From Botryllus schlosseri (lineage: Eukaryota), in assembly GCA_051294905.1 (NCBI GenBank), contig CM119376.1:17360001-17424000 (forward strand): DNA of 64,000 nucleotides, given 5' to 3'. The notes below the pieces were generated by a model. It ran no database searches and was not told the origin of the DNA. It saw only the letters and a program-made list of their open reading frames with translations. Of the stretch, positions 35,779-47,697 are shown piece after piece. Within the stretch, counting starts at the first letter, position 1; every line of letters begins with the position of its first letter. The translations under genes were made by a program, and so were the position numbers.

Positions 35779-38314
35779 TTAACGTGTCTTGTGACATATC
35801 CAATCCAGTAACAAACTCGTTATTTGACTTGCGCAACGTTGGCGTAATCATCGTACCTGAAGAGTATTGAAGTGTAAGTAAAATCTTGTCACGCTTGGTT
35901 AGAAAAGTTCAGCGATCAAATTACCGAATAAAACAATAGAGCACGGTGGCAGGCAGAATCTCGCGGTAGTTGATTACGATTACATATAAAAGTTAAATCG
36001 CGTAGTGATCGTTGCGACGCGATGACCAACATAGCTAATTCTTGTAATAACCATGATCAGTGGAATTTACAAATCTGACGTTTCTACTATCAAATACGCT
36101 GTTCTACTGTCAATAACACTGTTCAAAACTGTATAATTCGTCTTAGTAAAACGTTGAGTCGTAGTCCCTTTAGATAGGAATCAATTAGATATGTTAAATA
36201 ATTGACTACACAATACACATACGATTACTTTGATTTTCTCGAATGAAATCGATTACGATTACGATTATTTGAAAAGGCTGTAATCTTATTAATCGATTAC
36301 GATTACAAAATAGAATTAACGAATGTCTGGTGGTGGACGGATTAAGGCAACGGTATACAAGTAGATACATGCGCCAACAATAATTCAACTTGGAACCGCG
36401 GTTATATGACAGTTCAACTCGGTAAATGCGACACAATTTCTGCGTCTCGATACAAAAGTAGGCGTAATGCGTTTTTCGTGATTGTACATGGTACATATGC
36501 ATTCAAGATGTCCAGAGTTTCTTGAAGTGGATTTTTATTTCCATTAAAAGAGTTCAAAAAATCTACATTTTAAGAACGTCCAGTGGTACTTTGCGTTTTA
36601 AACTTATGTCGCACGCGAGTCTCTGAAACGCGTTATGACAGTGACTATATAGACAACTGTATTGCAATCACAGATTAGTATATAAATATAAACCGCGCCG
36701 TTGAGATTGAGTTTAAAGTAAAAACAAAAACATTCATGCGGAACCTCAATTTTCAACAAGCAAAATATAAAATTTATGGTTAAATTTTATCCACCGCACA
36801 GAGATTTTAAATTTTGGTGACTGAAATCATGGATAGTTACGTTACGCATATATGATTAAGCAGCTGTGAGAAGTGGGCATGAGCATTGAGCACAGATGTA
36901 CCGTATGGCTCAACTATATTGCATGCGATATCGTAAATGGACCAATGATTCCCAAACTTTGGTACGCGCACCTCCGGTGGTACGCGAGACCCTCTCACGT
37001 GGTTCGTGAGTACGTCAGTGCACAGATGAATTTGCGAACTTTGTATGGGGATGGCTAGGGTTGCGTTTACAACAAATAGTTGAATAAAACATGTTTTAAA
37101 GTTGTATAATTATGCCATAATTGTATAAATACTTTCCAAAAAACGTGTTGTATGATTCTACGGACGATTAGCACCCGATATAGCAGACGTATACGATATA
37201 TGGCAAGGTTGGAACCCTCTGAATAGTCGGTTCAACAGCTATAGTACATAGATATAGAAAATTGGTGTGAATAAATGTTTTGATGATGATGACACCCGAC
37301 CGCAAAAATGCTGCATGACGATGTAGTCTTGGTTAAAGATATTTTTGATCCGTATATGACAGTGGTTGAAAGCCTATTTTGTCAAAAAAGCTATATTTAC
37401 CCTATATTTTCAATTGCCAATGTCAATCCACTATGATGTCACAATTGAATATTCGTGACTCGTGGCGTAAAAAAATAAAAAACAAAAACAATAAAAATAC
37501 ATGTTTGAAACTATAGGGCCTTGTTTAAAACATTTTTGTTTTAAATGGAATTTTGTTTTAAATGCAACACTATATGGCAGGATTTGTATTTGCTGTTCAA
37601 GTACAGATCATATTCAGCTATCCATATACCCATTGTAGACTAGCTTGAAAAAGTCAGGTATGGGCCAACGTCATCTCCGCAGTCGATGCAACCCTTCCTC
37701 CTGCAGCCCTTCGTTGGTGGCTTGGCAGACGTAACTGCTGGACTCCACAATACCTGCTGGAGTTCCCATCCAGTCTAGGTTGAAACCAATGAAAAAATGC
37801 AGTGCGAACTCAGTGAACATGTGATGTCTGATTTTAATCGCGATTGAAAGTTTAATATGTAAAGGACGGTTATTCACATTTAACAGATGCTGATATTTGG
37901 CATTAGTTTTCACATTACTGCATCGATTTGCGGTCTTGAAATGCACTGCACGCATACGTATTATTCCTTAATTTACTACGTGATCTCGGGATTTGCAGTG
38001 TCTCAGAACAACCACGTTAGCTGTTGCTATGCTGTAGTAATTTGTAAACAATTTGGATGTAGTGGGCCTAATTCCCGATCGAATTTTGAATGGAAAAGAA
38101 AAACGTTTAACCTCTTCGATATCTACTTTTTAGCAAATTTTACACCCTTCTTTACAAACTACGCCATATTCGGTGAACGAGTGCTGTTAGTAATGTTAAT
38201 GCCGAAAATAATATATTTGTAATTGGTGTATCATGTGGATTTCAACATGGCTGTCTTATTTCGCAATGATCAGATTATTTCACCTAACGTTCGGTTTTTA
38301 CCTCGGACGCAGCA

Positions 38315-38518
38315 ATGGTCGACGAACCTGCACCATCGGGTGGTGGATTGCATGGCAGTTTCGGTCCAGTAAAATTTGACGTAAGCGACGAAACTTCTCG
38401 CAATCTACTGAAGTCGATATTCAAGCGAGAAAATCTAGGTACGATACTAAAATATGGTGCTGGAATTGCAATTGCCTATTTAGTTGGCAAAGCTGCGAAA
38501 GATTACTGGAACAGGTAG
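38315..38518 (+). CDS. Candidate 67-aa small protein with a C-terminal hydrophobic/amphipathic helix (or first coding exon of a longer gene)
   Basis: True ATG start 2 nt after a branch-point/polypyrimidine/CAG acceptor (CTAAC...TTTTTACCTC...GCAG). Protein-like sequence ending LKYGAGIAIAYLVGKAAKDYWNR. A possible donor AG|GTAGGG overlaps the stop. Confidence 0.55.
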   Translation: MVDEPAPSGGGLHGSFGPVKFDVSDETSRNLLKSIFKRENLGTILKYGAGIAIAYLVGKAAKDYWNR

Positions 38519-39278
38519 GGAACGATATATGTTTCAGTGTAGTCTCGCAACTGTAGTATATATATTCACAGCTTCATCTGAAATCAGTTCCTGGGCATCA
38601 TAGTTACAGTTTTACAAAATACGATCAGACTCTACGTCAGTGGTTCCCAAGCATTTTCAGCTTGTGGCACCCGAAAAAATCACGAAATTGTCGAAGTACT
38701 TACAAACGAAGAAAATCGTTTAAAAATGTTGTGGTGGATAATGGATATGCTTGTTTATATTCAAGTGGAACGAGATTGCATTGATGATATTAAGACCCGC
38801 ATTGGTTGCATAGGTTTGCATCAAGCTTCTTATTGAACTTTCTATGGTAAACCGGGTGATGGTGATGCTGCAGCCTCATATTCGCCTCCGAACAGATTAG
38901 AATTTCGAAAATCACGCGTATTTTGACCCAATGGGTCAATTTGACATCCCGCTTTAGTCGAAAATATACATATGATTTCAAAGGCTGCTGGCGGCAATCA
39001 GTCGCCTCTCTTATCTTTCGTATCCTCTTACCCTCTTATTCATATTCACAAAATAACGCATACCTTGGGTGCAGTAGTTGTAGTTATATTTTCGATTTCC
39101 ATTTAATTATATCGCCTATTAAGTTAAGCCATGTATTTATAATTGCATACCTCTACCAAGGAAAACATCAACACCGGTAATAGCAATGGAAAATGTGCAG
39201 GGGAAATTGGATGCTGAATACAGAAATGAGAAAAAGTTCAGTAAGTATCGGACTGGCATTGTATGTGTTCCTATAGAC

Positions 39279-40533
39279 CAGTGTCTCCCAAACTTTTTTT
39301 AGCTACCACCCCCCTGGACAACGAATAAAGTGCCAGCGCTCCCCGGCACCCCCCTCACACCACGCCTAAATGATAAAACGAAAGTTGTTCTGCATTTATT
39401 AAAACTTATAAGGAGACGGATGAAGCTCTAGTATTATTATCATCATCCTCGACATATTGGGTTTGAGTCGTGATAAGAACAATCTTATTCTAAAATATCC
39501 AGGGTTCACGTCCCGTACTGTGAAGTCGATTTCTGCTGTGAGCCTTATCACCTTATCACGGCACTTAAAACACGTTCTATCAAATATGAGCGGGGAAGGG
39601 CAATGACGAAAAACTCTAACCGACTCCAGTGAGAGTATTGCTATTTGATTCAATTGTGTATCCAGAACGATTGATTGGAGATACTGTACTTTGGGTTGAA
39701 CTCAAACTTGTTTTACACTGCAATGTAATCAGCTCCCCAATTATTTCATGCTCGTAAACTTCTAGGAATGGATTGAATATCCGGAGAGGAATTTCTTATT
39801 GGAATATATCCTGTAATCAAATCACCATCTCCTCGTGCAATTTTCTGAGTTGATTGCCTTATGTTTCTCCATCAAATTACGGTGAAATATCACGGGCTTA
39901 TCATTGAATCCGGACAGTGGTATTTTAACCTTTATCAGGTTCATCTTTACTAAGAACGGATATATTCTACTCATAAATTTTGGAAAATATGCCCGTCAAG
40001 TGGAAGCGATATCGTCTCTCGCAACCAGAAACGCTGTGTCGAAGGCCACGGTCGCGGTACTGTGGTAAAGCCACGATCGTTTGAGACAAAGTAAAATCAC
40101 GCAAGGCAGTTTCTGTAATGCCATCACACCTTGCAGTGAGCAATACCTGCTCAAATTCTCACAACACACAGTGAACCACGCTTTTCAGGGATACTGCCGT
40201 CCGCTAACTTAGTCCATTGATGGGCAGGTTCAGCATTGTGAAGTAACAATGAACTTTTCCGGCACAACTGAATAGATAGACGGACGACCCTAAATTGCCA
40301 TGGCTGAATGGATTCCGCATTTTTACTACAAATTTAGCTGTTTTATTTATCAATAGTTTCAACACTATACGCAGCAGTTGCCTTCTAAACCTACACCGCC
40401 CCATTTTCTCTCAGCGCCCCCTACCGCCCACTTTTAGAGCCAGCGTCCCCCAATCTCCCATTTCGAGGCCAGCGCCCCCTTCACGCTCGTGAACGCCCCC
40501 AGGGGGTGCTGGCGCTCACTTTGGGAACCACTG
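39279..40533. mobile_element. Non-autonomous hAT element with non-repetitive interior
   Basis: Ends CAGTGTCTCCCAAA...TTTGGGAACCACTG; perfect TSD CTATAGAC (39271-39278, 40534-40541). Confidence 0.85.
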
Positions 40534-40760
40534 CTATAGACAAACTATCTCTTACAACCGGCCCCTAGGACGTTGATTTTTGTCTTTGGTATAGCTATTA
40601 CATATGGGGGTTTCATTGATGAACTTCATCATATTATTTTAACTCCTTTCAGTCATTTCATTACATAGTGATGATTCGCACAGACAGAAATATCATAGAT
40701 TAATTTTAAGAAAAGATTTAAATTTTCAATACACGTATTGTCGATTAAAATTATTATATA

Positions 40761-40791
40761 AATGAATGAATGAATGAATGAATGAATGAAT
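40761..40791. repeat. (AATG)n microsatellite
   Basis: About seven tandem AATG units. Confidence 0.9.
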
Positions 40792-41538
40792 AGAGGAGGA
40801 TTCAGTGATTGTGTTCAATTCGGTGTTTGGGACGTAATGGTGACAAGTAAACAGTGATTCGACAAGGGTGCACAACAGATGACCCGCAACGGTATAACAC
40901 CAGCCTGCTAGCCGTGGAAAACGGTCAAAGACGAAGATCATAGATACTACAATAAAATTATATTTGCCATTGATCTAGATACGAGAAAAACCTCTATACT
41001 GGCATGATGCATATATTCATGTTTCCTATACTGGTATATACATAGTGTACCGAAAACGCAGATAAATCCGAATTTATCTGAGCTTAGCTCCACGATGTGG
41101 TTTAACATCGCATATCCTTGCGTTTTTTGGTAAAAGCTATATTAGCTAATCAATTTACCGGGGACAAAATCCGTTATTGTTAATACACGTTACTTGATCA
41201 GTACAAACTGGCTAAAATTTGTTTTTACTGGCGTAGCAAAATTGTAAAAAGCGTATTTCGTCCCTCTCTCAACTTCCGGCCCAGACATTGTGACGTCATA
41301 TGTGTTAATCTCGTCGCAGTGAATCCGGCACGCCAAGTCATTACTAGAATGTTTGCCTCCAGTGTCTGCGAGTCCCGATGCGCAAATACTTCATTTATAG
41401 ATATCGGTCCTGGTTATTACGTATGACCACGTGATGATTTCATTAGCGTCGTGTGGGTTTCCGGTAATTATTTGAATGGGATTTGCGGTCATAGCCTTCA
41501 ACATTGATTACTAATATGCCTATCATGAGGTGCTAAAG

Positions 41539-41831
41539 CAAGGGTCGGCAACCTTTTTCTCTCTGCGGATCGGTTTCCAAATGGAATATTTTGCAGACCG
41601 GTGTTCAGTGAATACCAATGTTCAACGTTGAAAATTGATTACACCTCATACAGTATAGCGCCAATAAAGGGTGCACTGCATAGTAAGGCTGTAACACATA
41701 TGTTTCAGTTAAAGAGATTAACTCTATTCTCTTTCAATTTTTATCAGTGATCTTGCCCACTATGCTACAGTGTACTAACATTTCGCGGACGAGTAACGAA
41801 CTCCTGGCGGACCACTGGTTGCCGATCACGG
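41539..41831. mobile_element. hAT MITE
   Basis: Ends CAAGGGTCGGCAAC...GTTGCCGATCACGG; TSD TGCTAAAG (41531-41538, 41832-41839). Confidence 0.8.
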
Positions 41832-42569
41832 TGCTAAAGGGGCACTTACGCCATAAATATGATGTGGTCTCAAATTAAAGATCAAATTAGTAAAGAAAAT
41901 TCAGCAGCAACCATTTTCTTCAGAACGCCACCGTATTTGAACTGCAGCTAAAAAAACTTTGTATACTGCCCCATGGCACACTATACCTGTAGATTTAAAT
42001 CTATGTGATATCGCGGTCACGCGTCATCGCTTTTTAACAGTTAGCGAAATTTATGTTTCTGGATCATTCAAAGCAATCTAAAGAGTGGAAAGTTGGAGGT
42101 GAATTCTTTACTTTCATTACAAAATCGAATAAAAAGTATTCTTCCGTGTCGACGTCGGTAGTAACACAATATGTATGGCTTGTCATATAATCAATCCGTT
42201 TCTGCAATTTGAAATACCACTTTAAACCGAGCATCATCATTATAGGCACACTAAATTATGAGCTGCTAAATAAAACAAACGAATTAATAAAATGTTTGAG
42301 ACAACAGTAAATTGTTTTGATTACGTCTTCACAAATGACGTGAAGAACGCAAGTTTTACACAGTAACACAGTAGGCTACGCCATTTGCTGAAGCGTCAGC
42401 GGGTATGATGCTGTCAGAATTTTCTGTCCTGGAGTTGTGCGAAAATGAATCAGCAAAACTGCGAAGAGATCGATGCTCACAGATTCCAATTTCCACCTTT
42501 TTCGAAGACTCCTCGCAACCGACTTTCATCATCCCTTATTCTAACAAAATTCCGGCTTCTTGATCGGTA

Positions 42570-42665
42570 GGTTGTGGGTTCGATCCCCGGCCGGGTCAGA
42601 CCAAAGACCTGATTAGTAACACTGGTATCCATGACTTCCCTGCTTGGCGCTCATGCATGACTGGG
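42570..42665 (+). mobile_element. 5'-truncated tRNA-derived SINE fragment
   Basis: B box GGTTCGATCCC (42577-42587) followed by GGCCGGGTCAGACCAAAGAC...TGGTATCCATGACTTCCCTGCTTGGCGCTCA; no A box. Confidence 0.65.
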
Positions 42666-43438
42666 ATAACATAGAGGGGTGGTGCAAGACTTAGAAAGCC
42701 GTACAAGGCTATATCTGCACCTTCCTTGTCCAGCGGCATATGCACATCATGCACTCATGGTATGCATATGCACAGATCGTGTGTATGTCTATCATGTGTC
42801 GGTGTATATGCCACAAAAATACCAAGGACAAAAATCAACTACGCGTCCTTTCCTTTCCTTAACAAATTTTATCGAGGTTGACCAGCATTTAAAATCTCGG
42901 TAACGTTTCTGACGCGTGTCATCGCGCATCATCAAATCAATATTTGATATATTTTAAATATATACGATGCATATATTATATCCATTTTCGCGCCGGGTGC
43001 AGAAGTAGACGCACATCGATCTTCCATACGATAATGTATGTGGGTGAAAGATCACCCTAAAAGTGGTGTTAATCACCCATTATGGGCCCAAGACCATAGA
43101 TTTTTATTATACTTTTTCATATCTTCAAAAGGGGGCGTCATCTACTTCATCACATTTTTGCCCCCCTCATTTTTCTGGCTACGCTCTTGCTAACTGCTCG
43201 ACTCAAATCATTAGAAATATTACTCGATTGACATTCGAGTGCTCGAATCATTGTGCCCAGCCCTGATCCTAATTTTACTCAACAGTTCATAGTTCGCCAC
43301 GCAAATGGACTCTGATGTTGAATACGGCCCTCGAGCTAACAAGTCGGGCCTATGCTGCCCTGCCCCTGCCCGCCCCTGGCGTAAATCGAAAACTGTTCCA
43401 ACGGATTGATTTAATTTCGTTTATTCATTACCTATTAG

Positions 43439-43686
43439 TGGCGGTGAAAGGTGGCGGAGAGGGAGTCACAGCGATGCGTCACTACGGTAAAGATGCGGAT
43501 GCTAAGATTCGAGCCGAAGGTGGCCACAGCATGATGGTTGTTGGCTATGAAGGTTCGCAATGTCGTGGCTATATGGCTATCATACAGGATGATGAATACT
43601 ACATATATTCATATTCATTCAATTGCTTTACAGGTGAAGATATGAAAACTGTAACTGATGCATACAAAGACAAGGCAGATGTGTAG
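43439..43686 (+). CDS. Last two core exons of the plus-strand paralogue of the 26989-31306 gene
   Basis: Exon 43439-43552 (AVKGGGEGVTAMRHYGKDADAKIRAEGGHSMMVVGYE) and exon 43634-43686 (GEDMKTVTDAYKDKADV*), separated by an 81-nt GT-AG intron. Boundaries and phases match the minus-strand gene. Tentative upstream exons 42734-42759 and 43293-43380 are phase-compatible. Confidence 0.7.
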
Positions 43687-45886
43687 CGCGGTAAACGGTA
43701 TTACGATCTGAGATGGAACCTTTGTAGCATTTTATGCTACTGTTTACATATATGACTCTTATTCGACCTGATTTTGCAATATAAACATACGATACGTTAT
43801 AGTAAAAGTACACAGAACAGCCATGAAGCCGAGACGAGATATAATAGGTCTATAGCGCACGCAGTCATTTACCCACGTCGATCGAAATCGACATGGCATA
43901 GTGGAGTGCAGCACGATATCAAACCAGGATAGAGGTCAACTCAACGTAAAGTAGACGTAAAAATCTTTATTTCAGTCAATTCGCCAGCAATCAGAGTTCG
44001 GTGAATAAATTTCGCCATGTGTATGTTCTCTGTTAGGATCCGTAAATATGGGGAAAAGGTTGGGAACCATTGTGGTCTAAGCAAATACAGATCAGTTAAG
44101 AGCTAACGCTAACCATGACCTTTATGAAGGCTGTATCTCAGATCAGCTGTAGCCTACTATATTAGGATTCTTCGACAGCGTAATTCAAGAACAGATTTTT
44201 CGTATTCTCTGACGAAATTCTTCTGACTCGGACGGCTTGTTCTTCAGTTACTCTACCCGTCGGGCGGATTTGGATTCTCAAAACCCAATATCTGCTCATC
44301 ATCACTGATTGATAAGCTAACATTTCGGAGACCACTGACCTAACTTACAGAGTTTTGTCGATAATGAAGGTAACTGAACAGCTGATTTATCGAATATTCA
44401 CTCGATATTGAGAAGATGTGAAAATCTTACAAGTTTATTAGAAGCTCAACGTGACGTCGTTATTATTTTCTAATGATCGTTTTTCACGTTGTTATCGCCA
44501 GACTGTTCCTTTCCCAAATTTGTTTGCATCCCTTCATTCCCTCATTCCCTCTTCCACATGTTGATATGACGACTAAGTTATAATGCTATCCAATGAATTT
44601 CGCGTGATGCGCGGTAAGCCAATATGGAGTCAAATATAACACTGGAACTATGGGGCGCATGAATTGCTTGTACACGCATAGACGCCACTGCGCCACCCCA
44701 TGACATAATTATGGGGTGGCGGCCACCCCATACACAATGCTTAACCCTCGCTACGCGGTTGGCTCATGCATGAGCCCGGATTGTATTTTCACGAACACGC
44801 TTCACTTAATCCCGAATATCTTGCGTTATACTGGTCGCAGAAAGTTACATCTATTTCAGATGGATAGCTAGTATCAATACGCATACGTCGAGCCATAAAT
44901 AACCTATTAGACTATGAAATAACCTCATCAAAATACCGATTGAATACACAAAAACGTTTTGCGCAAAATACAACTTGCGGCGGCGCTCGAGTGCATGTGC
45001 GCGCGCGAGATAAACCAGCGCCCGTGACCAGCGCATCTCCGTTACAGACGTCATATTCATATGCAGCTCTTTACTCCAAACAGCTGTTGACTATGTCATC
45101 GCCCATCTATTGTAATGCTTATATCTAACATTGGTCGCAGGACAGATTATTCGAATTGGAAGTAAACATATTTTACGAAATAACATGCGTGGGTTTTAGC
45201 AATATATTCCATGTTGTGATTAGCGCGGACTTGCTGTTGCAGATTACGCATATGGATTATTCGTACTTTTCATACCAATACATCAACACTACCATCTTCA
45301 GTGAGTTACATGATCTCCGCTCTTGATATGACAGCAAATTTACGACATTTCTGGTGAAAATGTTGCGCATCTTTCCCGTGGTAGCGCACGAAACGCACCG
45401 CTCGATAATATGTGATAAACTGATTTGAAACGCCCATAAAATATCAGTGAAGCACTGTATTCACATTGCAGGTATGACTCTGTCAATTCAACCAATTCAG
45501 TCCTAGTTGTTTTACAACGGCAAAGTTCGTTTCAACACATAACACTATCTCGTACAAAGAATGGACAAAAGCGAGTGCATATACCGACATTGTGAAATGA
45601 ATCATTTCAACGTCAGGGATCCTATGTTATTACCAAAACAATAACACGCCGCAATTTATTTGCTGTTGTGCTTGGCGCAGATTTCATGTTGCAGATTACG
45701 CATAACAAGGTATATCTTTATAAAAAGTTGAGTCGCCAATGCTATATAGGCCACTACGTCATCTACATTGTTTCATACGAAGCCATCATTGTACCCATGA
45801 CATGGTTTTCCATTTGTTGGTGCTACATTTGGTTTGTTACCATTTCAATTTGCGGTTGTATTCCACGCGTGATGCATTATTTCATA

Positions 45887-46554
45887 TGTTGTATCATGCA
45901 ATATACTATATTCTTTTACCAAAATATGGCGGCACTTCGAAGCAAACTGATTGCTGCAATGCGCGTGTGGTACAGAAACCACTATTCTTCTGCGATAGCT
46001 GAGGTGGTTGTGGATGCCTATTATCTGTTCAATAGATAGGCCTTGTCTCAAAGCGTTTGTCTACACCACCACCGTCGATGGCTTGCATAATATTTGATAA
46101 ACTGATTTGAAATGCCAACTAAAATATCAGTAAGAATGTGTATTCAACTATTCATATTGCAGGTATGGCTACCTGTCAATTCAACCAATTCAGTTATAGT
46201 TGTTTTACAACGGCAAATTGTTGTTGTATCATGCAATATACTATATTCTTTTACCAAAATATGGCGGCACTTCGAAGCAAACTGATTGCTGCGATGCGCG
46301 TGTGGTACAGAAACCACTATTCTTCTGCGATAGCTGAGGTGGTTGTGGATGCCTATTATCTGTTCAATAGATAGGCCTTGTCTCAAAGCGTTTGTCTACA
46401 CCACCACCGTCGATGGCTTGCATAATATTTGATAAACTGATTTGAAATGCCAACTAAAATATCAGTAAGAATGTGTATTCAACTATTCATATTGCAGGTA
46501 TGACTACCTGTCTATTCAACCAATTCAGTTATAGTTGTTTTACAACGGCAAATT
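45887..46554. repeat. Recent 335-bp tandem duplication within a degenerate array (~45190-46640)
   Basis: 45887-46219 and 46222-46554 are nearly identical; an older divergent partial copy lies at ~45405-45620. Confidence 0.9.
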
Positions 46555-46960
46555 CGTTTCAACACATAACACTATCTCGTACAAAGAATTGATAAGCGAT
46601 TACCATATAACGGCGTTGTGAAATGAATAATTTCAACGTCCGCCATACTACGTCATTTTCGAACAATAACACGCGCCGCGTGTATGTGCGCTGAATGCGA
46701 GACGCCTGGCGTCGAACACACAGTAGCCAGCTGTAGCCATCGGTACATCAGCACTCGTTACAATCGACTGTATTATCGTAAGAACCTCACTCAGGTCGTT
46801 TTGGAATCCTGATATTGCTGTGAAATCAGTCAGGCGATGACTCTATCCCGAGCAGCTCCGTGTATGACGTAGCAGCAAATTCAAAAGTCGAATTCTCTTT
46901 TATTTTCAAAAAGTTGAGAACACTTCCCGGTACAGGGGCATCACCTGTTACTCTCTCGCT

Positions 46961-47040
46961 TTCAGAGTAGCTCAGTTGGTTAGGCGCCTGTTTCCTGATT
47001 ACAGCGATATATTAGGCGTCGGTTCAAGTCCCGTGGTTCA
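46961..47040 (+). other. tRNA-like pseudogene or SINE head
   Basis: A box TAGCTCAGTTGG (46968-46979) and B box GGTTCAAGTCC (47021-47031) are present, but the acceptor and T stems do not pair. Confidence 0.6.
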
Positions 47041-47226
47041 GATTTTATGAATCTTTTTCTAAATGCATTAAAATTCGGTCCTGAGGCCGACCGCGGGAGG
47101 AGGGTTAAACGCCCGCCGTCTGTGCTGTCAATTAGCGAGTCTGTGATTATCGCGTAAATGCCAACTATTTACTATTAACCGATACACGCGCGACTAATTG
47201 TATACGCAGCTTAAACTAGTGATTAA

Positions 47227-47697
47227 AGGGGCACTGCGCTCTAAAAATGATGTGGTCTCAAATTGAAGGTATAAACGAACAAAAATTTTTGGCCGCGGCC
47301 ATTTCCTTCAGAACGCCACCGCAATGGAGCCGCAATTTATTGAAATTTCTACAAGACCAGCTGCCGCGGCTGCTTAACCCGTTACGTCGCACTTGCTCGA
47401 CGCGATTAGGCAGTCACGCAGAGAACGAATTTTAGATAGTTGTCAGCCGATGTTATGAAGGAAATGTGTCTAAGTTTCGTTCTCTGCGTGACTGCCTTAT
47501 CGCGTCGAGCAAGTGCGACGATGAAGACATCGTGCCATGTAACGGGTTAAGCAGCCGCGGCAGCTGGTCTTGTAGAAATTTCAATAAATTGCAGCTCCAT
47601 TACGGTGGCGTACTGAAGGAAATGGCTGCGGCCAAAAATTTTTGTTCGTTTTTACCTTCAATTTGAGACCACATCATTTTTAGAGCGCAGTGCCCCT
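47227..47697. mobile_element. Foldback MITE with TTAA TSD (Kolobok-like)
   Basis: TTAA|AGGGGCACTGCGCTCTAAAAATGATG...CATCATTTTTAGAGCGCAGTGCCCCT|TTAA; ~210-bp arms around a short spacer. A partial relative lies at ~41836-42040. Confidence 0.85.

Noticed and set aside
43315-43686. Single-exon 123-aa protein as given in the ORF track
   Set aside because: Homology to the minus-strand gene is confined to two blocks bounded by splice sites; the rest is a stop-free 81-nt intron and upstream intron sequence.
45290-45400. Minus-strand RYHGKDA resembling MRHYGKDA of the paralogue exon
   Set aside because: Short match with no flanking similarity or matching splice sites; it lies in the degenerate tandem array.
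45668-46386. Duplicated ORFs (…MAALRSKLIAAMRVWYRNHY…) as a gene pair
   Set aside because: They are a product of the 335-bp duplication, open on both strands, with no recognisable domain.
46961-47040. Functional tRNA gene
   Set aside because: The A and B boxes are present but the acceptor and T stems do not base-pair.
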